64,000 nt of DNA, from the IMG/VR virus record IMGVR_UViG_3300025889_000075, positions 91,132 through 155,131 of that record, one strand, 5' to 3'. The position numbers were made by a program, and so were the translations under genes. Of this stretch, positions 56,730 to 64,000 are shown in pieces (position 1 is the first letter of the stretch; each line of letters begins with the position of its first letter). The notes beneath the pieces are model-generated. The model saw nothing but the letters and a program-made list of their open reading frames with translations. It did not search any database and was not told the DNA's origin. Source of the DNA: a virus.

Positions 56730-57885
56730 TCTATCAGAAATAACAAGAGACGGTAAAGAATATCGATCTATTCTTTTGGTTGAGAAAACTTTTGGTAAGA
56801 ATCAAAAGTCTAACAACTTCAAGACTGATGGTGGATTGTTTCATGCTAAGTATCTGGTAATCGGAAATGAAAAGGTAACTACTTGCAAAGACGCAGAATA
56901 TGTTGCTGGAAAAATACTTGGATTAAAAGCATTCAAGTCTGCAATAGATAAGAAATTAATGATTGGCGGATCGTATGTCGGTCAAAAAAAGATAGAAGAG
57001 ATTCCAATAACCAAACTGGAAAAGAGCGAAGAATTTGGTGGTATACCTGCTGGCGGAACTCGGGTTAATAAAGGTCTTTTGTTTGAAAGCGATTTAGCAG
57101 AGCGATTAGATGAATGTATCGAAGGAAAGGTTTGTAAAGGAAGATATTCAAAACAAACTGAAAAAATAATTCATCTTTGTTCTCAACAAGAAAAATCTCC
57201 AGTAATTAATTTTGTGCATGAAGGCGGCGCTAATAAACCAAGACCAATAGTTAATTCAGGAAAAAATGTTTTTATCTCTCCAAGAGATCATAAACAACAC
57301 GGTCCTCAACTTACCGATATAACACTTCAACACAAAAACGGTGCAGAAAGTTACCTTTCTCTAAAATTTAGTTCAACGCTTACCTTTGTTAACTCTGGCG
57401 TCGGTAGAATATTTCCGCAAGATGAAATGAAAAAGGGTAAGATTAAAGCACCAATCGGGCAAGCAATATTTAAAGCGTTCGGTATTGAAGAAACTACGTT
57501 TTGTGATGTATTTAATTTATATGGGAAAGGGAAAAAATTTCCAGTTGGTGTTGACGTTTCTAGAAAAGTCGACAAAAATATTTTACAATTGTTTTTATCA
57601 ACAGCAATTGGTTCTGGTTATTGGATGATTCATGGGATGGAAGGCGAAAAAGTGTACTGTTGGTACATGGACCCAAGTAAAAATCGAGCGATGTCAACTA
57701 TTAATGGTAAGATCTTAGTTAATTATGGTGGATCTGGAGGTAATGGCAAGAGAGTCGATATTGAATTTGCAAACGATTATTTTGATTTTAAGGTTAATAT
57801 AAGAAACAAGCAGTCAGGTTTATATCCATCACATATTATGTGCGATTATAAAAGTAAAGCAGCAACCGGAAAAAAATTACTATAA
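56716..57885 (+). CDS. putative PD-(D/E)xK nuclease-like late protein
   Basis: NKGLLFE...LTDITL...YLSLK. Confidence 0.45.
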   Translation: MANLNLSEITRDGKEYRSILLVEKTFGKNQKSNNFKTDGGLFHAKYLVIGNEKVTTCKDAEYVAGKILGLKAFKSAIDKKLMIGGSYVGQKKIEEIPITKLEKSEEFGGIPAGGTRVNKGLLFESDLAERLDECIEGKVCKGRYSKQTEKIIHLCSQQEKSPVINFVHEGGANKPRPIVNSGKNVFISPRDHKQHGPQLTDITLQHKNGAESYLSLKFSSTLTFVNSGVGRIFPQDEMKKGKIKAPIGQAIFKAFGIEETTFCDVFNLYGKGKKFPVGVDVSRKVDKNILQLFLSTAIGSGYWMIHGMEGEKVYCWYMDPSKNRAMSTINGKILVNYGGSGGNGKRVDIEFANDYFDFKVNIRNKQSGLYPSHIMCDYKSKAATGKKLL

Positions 57886-57895
57886 AGGAACTAAC

Positions 57896-58615
57896 ATGGC
57901 AGTATCACATTACATAGAAGAAGATACAAGACTTACAATCGCTCGTGGATTGACTAGAGCTTCGTTCGTCCATAAGTTTGGCGCTGTTCCTGCCATGTCT
58001 GTTAATACAACAGGAACGATTTGGGATATAAACGATACTTCTTATCCTTGGACTGCTTTTAATACGCCAGGAGTTTTAACTATTCCCGCAGTAAATGCTG
58101 GGGACAATGGCGATAAAGTTGTTGTTTTTGGATTAGATGCTAACTATGCTTTGATTGAAGAAGAGTTTACGTTATCCAGTTCGGGAACGGTAACTGGTAC
58201 TAAAACATTTGGTCGTGTTTATAGAGCATATTACTATGATGATACAACTAACGCAGGAAATATCGATATTCAAAGAGGTGGAACCACAGTTGCTCGTATA
58301 ACTGCAGGCAAGGCACAAACGCTGATGGCAGTTTACACTGTTCCTGTTGGGCATACTGCTTATCTAACTCAAGGTGTTGCTTCAATTCAGTATGGTGGCG
58401 ACGCAACAATTGATATGTTCGTTAGATATCATGGTCAATCTTCATTTAGAATCGGGCATTCGGGAGAAGTCGCTGGAACTGGTATGCCATACCATTATGA
58501 GTTTAGTGTTCCTCTTGCTATCCCAGAAAAATCAGATATTGATGTGAGAACAAGGGTTCGATCTAATAACGCTCGCGTTACTGCGGCGTTTGATATTATT
58601 TTAATGCCGGAATAG
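57896..58615 (+). CDS. beta-rich hypothetical, probably structural, protein
   Basis: HKFG, QTLMAVYTVP, IPEKSDI. Confidence 0.5.
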   Translation: MAVSHYIEEDTRLTIARGLTRASFVHKFGAVPAMSVNTTGTIWDINDTSYPWTAFNTPGVLTIPAVNAGDNGDKVVVFGLDANYALIEEEFTLSSSGTVTGTKTFGRVYRAYYYDDTTNAGNIDIQRGGTTVARITAGKAQTLMAVYTVPVGHTAYLTQGVASIQYGGDATIDMFVRYHGQSSFRIGHSGEVAGTGMPYHYEFSVPLAIPEKSDIDVRTRVRSNNARVTAAFDIILMPE

Positions 58616-58622
58616 ATAAACA

Positions 58623-59846
58623 ATGGATAATTTCGCAAGTTACATAACAGAGCAAAAAAATACTCACATGACCCATATTGAGGATAAAGTCCTCTATGGT
58701 GGAGTGAGTGGCACACGCCAAGCAATTTTTGCGCTCCGTGACTTGCGAGATATGCTTGGTGGTAAAAAAGAAGGAAATGTTTCGGTCAAATGGGATGGCG
58801 CTCCTGCTATTTTCGCTGGAGAAGATCCTCGTGATGGACAATTCTTTGTTGCTAAAAAGGGTATCTTTAATAAGAACCCAAAGGTATATAAAACAAATAC
58901 AGATATTGACGCGGATACTTCAGGTGATTTAAATAAGAAACTGAAAGACGCTCTTAAATATTTGCCCGAACTTGGGATTAAAGGCGTCATACAAGGTGAC
59001 TTTCTTTTTGGTCGTGGCGATGTTAAAACTAAAAACATCGATGGAAAGAAGTATGTAACCTTTCATCCTAACACGATTGTCTATGCTATTCCTTTTGAAC
59101 AAGCAGACGCAATTCGTAAAGCAAAAATCGGTATTGTGTGGCATACTACATATACTGGTAGAACATTCGAGACTATGAAGGCATCTTACGGTGTCAATGT
59201 GAAGGGATTGAAGAACTCCTCTTCGGTATGGTCTCAGGACGCAATGTTGCGCGACCTTCAAAGCGCGACTATGAGTAAAAAAGAAACAGAAGAGGTTAAT
59301 GCAATACTTACGAAAATTGGTTACCTTTTTAACGGGATCGCAGGCAGCACTCTCAGAACCCTCGAGCGAGATCCGACCCTCGCAGGAACCATCGAAACCT
59401 TCAATAACACCTACGTCAGAAAAGGCGAAGTCATCGGGAATTCGAAAGCGCACGTCAACAAACTCATCAGGTACATCAAAAACAAGTACCAAAAAGAAAT
59501 CAACTCGCGCTCGAGCGAAAAAGGCAAAGCAACCCAGCGAGCAAAACTAGCGGCGATTCTTTCTTTCTTTTCTGATGAGAACAAAGAAAACTTAACCAAG
59601 ATGTTTGAATTACAAAAATTAATTGTTTTGGCGAAGTTGAAACTTATAAATAAATTGAACAGACTTGTAAATGTTGATACTTTTGTAAAAACAAGAAAAG
59701 GTTTTAAGGTAACAGGTCAAGAAGGATTTGTTGCCATAGACAGATTAGGTGGTGATGCGGTAAAGATTGTTGATAGAATGGAATTTTCATACAACAACTT
59801 TTCGCCCGATATTTTGAAGGGATGGGATAAACCTACGAGGAAATAA
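58623..59846 (+). CDS. ligase-like covalent nucleotidyltransferase (conserved marine T4-like protein)
   Basis: VKWDG (motif I), QGDFLF, EGFV, VKIVDR. Confidence 0.55.
   Translation: MDNFASYITEQKNTHMTHIEDKVLYGGVSGTRQAIFALRDLRDMLGGKKEGNVSVKWDGAPAIFAGEDPRDGQFFVAKKGIFNKNPKVYKTNTDIDADTSGDLNKKLKDALKYLPELGIKGVIQGDFLFGRGDVKTKNIDGKKYVTFHPNTIVYAIPFEQADAIRKAKIGIVWHTTYTGRTFETMKASYGVNVKGLKNSSSVWSQDAMLRDLQSATMSKKETEEVNAILTKIGYLFNGIAGSTLRTLERDPTLAGTIETFNNTYVRKGEVIGNSKAHVNKLIRYIKNKYQKEINSRSSEKGKATQRAKLAAILSFFSDENKENLTKMFELQKLIVLAKLKLINKLNRLVNVDTFVKTRKGFKVTGQEGFVAIDRLGGDAVKIVDRMEFSYNNFSPDILKGWDKPTRK
59645..59652 (+). promoter_or_regulatory. T4-type late promoter (intragenic)
   Basis: TATAAATA about 200 nt upstream of 59849. 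Confidence 0.5.
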
Positions 59847-59848
59847 CA

Positions 59849-60298
59849 ATGGCAAAGCCATTAGGATTCAAAGACTTCATTAACGTTGATTACACTCAAT
59901 CGGGTGACGATCAACTCGCCTATAATGCTAAGAAAAGAAAAAAAGCAGATCAGGAACACGAAGCACTCTCTATAACGCAGCGTCTTGCTCGTTCTCGTCA
60001 GATGAAGAAATATAAATCCCGTCTTAAGATCGGTCGTGAGAAAGCAAAGAGAAGAACTGCGGGCAAAGAAGTTTTACGTAAGCGAGCAAAGAAAGATGTT
60101 CGCAATAAATTATTTTTGAAATTTAGTAAAGGTGTCAAGAAAGGTGATATGGCACCACAAAGGAGAGGGGAGATCGAGAAAAGAATCGATAAACTTCCTA
60201 AGTCCAGAATTGATATGTTGGTTCGCAAAGCGATTCCACAAATGCGTAAAAAGGAAATGCTTAGAAAGAGAGGAGCTGCTCCTGCTGCTGAAAAATGA
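59849..60298 (+). CDS. highly basic putative internal virion protein
   Basis: K/R-rich; EALSITQRLAR. Confidence 0.55.
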   Translation: MAKPLGFKDFINVDYTQSGDDQLAYNAKKRKKADQEHEALSITQRLARSRQMKKYKSRLKIGREKAKRRTAGKEVLRKRAKKDVRNKLFLKFSKGVKKGDMAPQRRGEIEKRIDKLPKSRIDMLVRKAIPQMRKKEMLRKRGAAPAAEK

Positions 60299-61716
60299 TA
60301 AACATACCATCGTTTAAACAATATCTCGTTGAAGAAGAAAGAGAGATCTATTTCACGTTCGGAAGAATGAATCCTCCGACAGTAGGTCATGGGAAACTCA
60401 TCACCCAATTATCAACAAAAGCAGGTAGAAATCCCTACAAAGTATTCGTTTCACAATCTCAAGACGCAAAGAAAAACCCACTCTCTTACGCTGACAAAAT
60501 TAAGCATGTACGTAAGATGTTTCCAAAGCACGCACGCAACGTTCTACTCAACCGCAAGGTTAAAAGCGTATTTGATGCCGCAACTAATCTTTATGATCAA
60601 GGATATAAAAAGATTGTAATGGTTGTTGGGCAAGACCGTGTTGTCGAATTCGAGACACTGTTAAACAAATACAACGGGGTCAAGGGGAAACACGGATTCT
60701 ACAACTTCGAGAGGATCCGTGTTGTCTCCGCTGGTCAAAGAGATCCAGACTCTGAGGGAGTTGAAGGAATGTCAGCGTCTAAGCAACGAGAGGCAGCGAG
60801 AGAGAATGATTTCGTGTCATTCGCTCAAGGGTTACCCAAAAATCTTTCTAACAAAGACGCTAAGAAACTGTTCAATGATGTTCGCATTGGTATGGGTTTA
60901 AAAGAAGAAACTCAATTTAAGAACCACGTTGAACTTGAACCAGTTTCAGATATTCGTGAAAAGTATATCGAAGGTTCTTTATTCGAACCAGGCGATCGTG
61001 TTGTTATTAAATCATCTAACGAAAAGGGAAGAATCCATAGACTCGGAACCAATTATGTTATCATTAGTTTAGATGAAGGTAACATTTCTCGTCAATGGAT
61101 CGACGGTATCGTTAAAGAAAAAACCGACCGTTGGTATAAGGATCAACCAGAGTGGGGTACTCCAGAAGCAACTAAGAAAGCGAAGAAGGTTACGCCCAAC
61201 GAAGGTGTCAAGCAAGATCCGGATATTAAAGACAGAAAAGGCACACAACCTGCTCGTTATCATAGCGGACTATCTAAGGCACAAAAGATTAGTCGTGATC
61301 GCCAATTCAAACGCCAATCTAAGATGTCAGATAGCGACCCCAATGCATACAAACCAGCTGCTGGGGATAAAACAACTAAAACCAAACCTTCGAAGTATAC
61401 CAAATCATTCAAGGCGATGTACGGCGAAGATGCTGTGCTACGCGCCAAAGATAAAATTGATAAAGAAAAGAAAGCAGATAAGATTAAGCACGATCGAATG
61501 ATGGATCGTGCTCGTATACAAAAAGCAAGGAACATTAATAGAACCACAGTTCCTGAAGGACAGGATAAAATGAACGGTGTTAAGTTTAACCCGAGAGATA
61601 TGATGACGCATAATCCTGTTGCTAAAAATGCACACAAGTTTAATAAAGCAGCAGTGCATACAGATAAGAAAAAAGCAACGAAACGCGGATACATCAAACA
61701 CAAGGGTAAGTCATGA
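60295..61716 (+). CDS. HIGH-superfamily nucleotidyltransferase (cytidyltransferase/NMNAT-like) with basic C-terminal modules
   Basis: FGRMNPPTVGH, KNPL, VVGQDR, SAGQRDPD, MSASK. Confidence 0.8.
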   Translation: MINIPSFKQYLVEEEREIYFTFGRMNPPTVGHGKLITQLSTKAGRNPYKVFVSQSQDAKKNPLSYADKIKHVRKMFPKHARNVLLNRKVKSVFDAATNLYDQGYKKIVMVVGQDRVVEFETLLNKYNGVKGKHGFYNFERIRVVSAGQRDPDSEGVEGMSASKQREAARENDFVSFAQGLPKNLSNKDAKKLFNDVRIGMGLKEETQFKNHVELEPVSDIREKYIEGSLFEPGDRVVIKSSNEKGRIHRLGTNYVIISLDEGNISRQWIDGIVKEKTDRWYKDQPEWGTPEATKKAKKVTPNEGVKQDPDIKDRKGTQPARYHSGLSKAQKISRDRQFKRQSKMSDSDPNAYKPAAGDKTTKTKPSKYTKSFKAMYGEDAVLRAKDKIDKEKKADKIKHDRMMDRARIQKARNINRTTVPEGQDKMNGVKFNPRDMMTHNPVAKNAHKFNKAAVHTDKKKATKRGYIKHKGKS

Positions 61717-61940
61717 AGTTCAAAGAGTTCATCCTAGTTGAGGATGCAATAGCAGATAAAGCAAAGAAATCTGGTTTCTCTGCTTCAACTTTACGCAAAG
61801 TATATAATCGAGGCGTCGCAGCGTGGAAGACTGGACATCGTCCAGGAACAACTTCTCAGCAATGGGGCATGGCTCGTGTTAATGCGTTTATTGTTAAAAA
61901 GAAAAAGGGCGGATTAAACCACGATAAAGATCTGGCATAA
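61713..61940 (+). CDS. small basic putative internal protein
   Basis: MKFKEFILVE; VYNRGVAAWKTGHRPG...QWGMARVNAF. Confidence 0.65.
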   Translation: MKFKEFILVEDAIADKAKKSGFSASTLRKVYNRGVAAWKTGHRPGTTSQQWGMARVNAFIVKKKKGGLNHDKDLA

Positions 61941-61948
61941 TATAAATA
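61941..61948 (+). promoter_or_regulatory. T4-type late promoter
   Basis: TATAAATA. Confidence 0.75.
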
Positions 61949-61954
61949 ACGATT

Positions 61955-63094
61955 ATGAAAAAAGAAAACGTAAAATCAGCAGATAAGAAACCCGAAGTCT
62001 ATACTGACGAAAAGGGTAGAAAACGCGTACGCATGGTATCTGTAGATAAAGAAATTGTTAAAACAAACGAGAAAGCAGTTTCTAAAGCACAACAAAAGTT
62101 TTTTGGGATTGTTCGTGGTTTGCAAAAGGGTGAAATTAAGAACGCTTCACCAGACGCTAAAAAGGCAGCAGCATCAATGAGTAAAAAAGACGTTAAAGAC
62201 TTTGCTGCTACCAAGCACAAGGGGTTGCCTACTAAGAAAGAAGCAACGATGGCAGATAAAGCAGGTCCAGGAAAAGGGAAAGACATGAGGGATATGTCTA
62301 AGTTGGATCACGCTAAGGCAAGAGACTGGCATCAATACAGAGTTAAAAGCAAAGGCGACTATCATTCCAAGATGGCAAAGATTCATCACGCTAATGCTAT
62401 CGGCGGTAGTTCCATGTTACATAAAGAATCTTTGCAGAAAGATATTGCAACACTTTCTGGCAAGTATCCAGAAAGGTCTAAAGTTAAAACCAAAGATGGA
62501 AAAACAGGCACAGTTGTTTCAGTTGGAAGGGATTATGTTAAAGTCGCTCACGGTAATAGGATGAAAGACTACCATCCTTCTAAATTGGAAGCGTGTTGGA
62601 CTGGATACAAGCAAGCAGGTATGAAAAAGAAAGGAGATAAAATGGTCCCTAATTGTGTTCCTGAATCATTTAAATCTTTCATTGGTGAAGCAGTTAAAAT
62701 TTCTCCTGCTAAACAAAAAGAGATAGACGCCAGGAAAGCAGCAAGAGACGCTGATGGTCGATCTTCTGCTGCTAGGAAAGCAAGGAAAGCAAATCCTCCT
62801 GCGCCTAAACCAAAACCCGCGCCAAAGAAACAAACTGCTCGTAAAGACACGTATGATAAAGCAGACCTGCATCCTATTATGCAGCTGAGAAAAGTAGTTG
62901 ATAATCCGAAACACGTTCCTACTTTTCATATGGGTAAATCTGGAAAGGTTAATCCGAAAGACGCAGCAGATGCAATTAGGTTTTATGAAAAATTGCCGGT
63001 AATGGGTAAACGTCAACTGCAAATTAGAATCGCTAAAGGCGGTCCTGCTGCAGTTAAACAAGCAGCAGATGCATATAGAGGGATGAAAAAATGA
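61955..63094 (+). CDS. modular basic putative internal virion polyprotein
   Basis: Modules AVSKAQQKFFG..KDFAATKHKGLP and CWTGYK..PNCVPE separated by x-x-E sites. Confidence 0.6.
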   Translation: MKKENVKSADKKPEVYTDEKGRKRVRMVSVDKEIVKTNEKAVSKAQQKFFGIVRGLQKGEIKNASPDAKKAAASMSKKDVKDFAATKHKGLPTKKEATMADKAGPGKGKDMRDMSKLDHAKARDWHQYRVKSKGDYHSKMAKIHHANAIGGSSMLHKESLQKDIATLSGKYPERSKVKTKDGKTGTVVSVGRDYVKVAHGNRMKDYHPSKLEACWTGYKQAGMKKKGDKMVPNCVPESFKSFIGEAVKISPAKQKEIDARKAARDADGRSSAARKARKANPPAPKPKPAPKKQTARKDTYDKADLHPIMQLRKVVDNPKHVPTFHMGKSGKVNPKDAADAIRFYEKLPVMGKRQLQIRIAKGGPAAVKQAADAYRGMKK

Positions 63095-63663
63095 AGTCGT
63101 TCAAATCTATTAGAGAAGCAGAATGGAAAAAAGAAACTCCATGGCGTAAAGTTAAACCTGGCGATAAAAAGGATAAGTACGGCAATACGGTTAAAGACAA
63201 AAACGTTGCCAGAAACCTTGCTCGTTCTGCTATGAAGAAAACTGCTTCTGGTAAAACAGAATCATCTGATGCTTATGGTAAGAGTCAAGACGCGATTGCT
63301 AATAAAAAGAAAAAAGATGCAATTACGCCACAGGATCGTGTGACGCTTGCCAGATTAGATGCTCTAATGAAAATGCAAAAAAGAAAAAAAGAAAGCGTTG
63401 AAGAAGGTAAAGCGTCTGTTTCTAAGCATAAAAGAATTCTTGCTATAATCGGAAAAGCACAAAATATGGACCAAGCAATTAGTATGGTCATGAAAGCACG
63501 TAATACTGACGAAAAGAAAGCAAAGAAATTGGTACATAATGCAGTAAGATCTGCCTTTTATGATGATCATCGCGAGGCGCTCAACCCAAGACAAAAACAA
63601 AAAGCACAAAAGTCTGCTTCACAGAACAAGTCCTTTAATACTGTAAGAGACCGACTCAAATGA
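63091..63663 (+). CDS. basic putative internal virion protein
   Basis: MKSFKSIREAE N-terminus. Confidence 0.6.
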   Translation: MKSFKSIREAEWKKETPWRKVKPGDKKDKYGNTVKDKNVARNLARSAMKKTASGKTESSDAYGKSQDAIANKKKKDAITPQDRVTLARLDALMKMQKRKKESVEEGKASVSKHKRILAIIGKAQNMDQAISMVMKARNTDEKKAKKLVHNAVRSAFYDDHREALNPRQKQKAQKSASQNKSFNTVRDRLK

Positions 63664-64000
63664 AATCTTTTAAATCTTTCATAGAAGCAAAGATCCCTTG
63701 GTATTCTCCGCAGATTGGTGCACAAACACCAGCAGCTCGCAACAGAAAACATAAACCAATTGATCGACTGACTAAAGAACCTCATGGCACCAAGACCAAA
63801 TATGATTCTGAACGCGCAGTTCGATCTGGTAATCCTGCCCGCTATGATAAAAAGAAAGCAGAATTAAAGAAAAAACTTGATGCATTGCAGTTAAAAAGAG
63901 AATTAGATCGCATCAATAAAGAAGACGTTGATGAAGCAACATACCAAGGAAGGAAAGTGCCTCTTAACAAACCAATGAAAGGCGATGTTAAGAAGTCAAA
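63660..64000 (+). CDS. basic putative internal virion protein, 3'-truncated
   Basis: MKSFKSFIEAK...VDEATYQGRKVPLNKPMKGDVKK, open to window end. Confidence 0.65.
   Translation, partial: MKSFKSFIEAKIPWYSPQIGAQTPAARNRKHKPIDRLTKEPHGTKTKYDSERAVRSGNPARYDKKKAELKKKLDALQLKRELDRINKEDVDEATYQGRKVPLNKPMKGDVKKS

Noticed and set aside
1-64000. Minus-strand and nested alternative-frame ORFs in the ORF track (e.g. 23358..23831, 58929..59492, 7141..7773)
   Set aside because: They shadow well-supported + strand genes and show no recognisable motifs
1-64000. tRNA, rRNA, introns or inteins, reverse transcriptase/DGR
   Set aside because: None recognised; g17, g41 and g43 look uninterrupted and intergenic gaps are short. 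A tRNAscan/Infernal run would be needed to be certain
1-64000. Impression that RGCY tetramers are under-used
   Set aside because: Many instances exist and it cannot be quantified by eye; needs k-mer statistics

Overview
A 64 kb segment of a T4-like myovirus genome. It is AT-rich and essentially all coding is on the + strand. Gene order matches marine T4-like phages: neck/tail/terminase/head block (g13-g23, g3), uvsY/uvsW/g55/g47/g46, then replication (g45, g44, g62, regA, hsp20, g43, uvsX, g41). Accessory regions follow. The host is inferred to be proteobacterial, probably gamma (E. coli-like IscU, IHF-consensus boxes); no photosynthesis genes are seen. Main points of interest: (1) a TET/JBP-type dioxygenase plus glycosyltransferase module whose proteins carry the same C-terminal clamp-binding-like tail as the DNA polymerase, suggesting replisome-tethered DNA hypermodification; (2) a late-promoter operon of seven exported or membrane proteins with pilin-like, chaperone-like and beta-barrel-like members; (3) six sigma70 promoters, each with an IHF-consensus box exactly 4 nt upstream of the -35; (4) a late cluster of proteins with T4 internal-protein-like capsid-targeting N-termini, including ligase-like and nucleotidyltransferase enzymes; (5) phage-encoded bL33, IscU and GMP reductase; (6) an early gene entirely lacking the CA dinucleotide; (7) a ROSE-like thermometer upstream of hsp20. 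No tRNA, rRNA or CRISPR array was recognised. All family assignments come from motif recognition by eye, not database searches.
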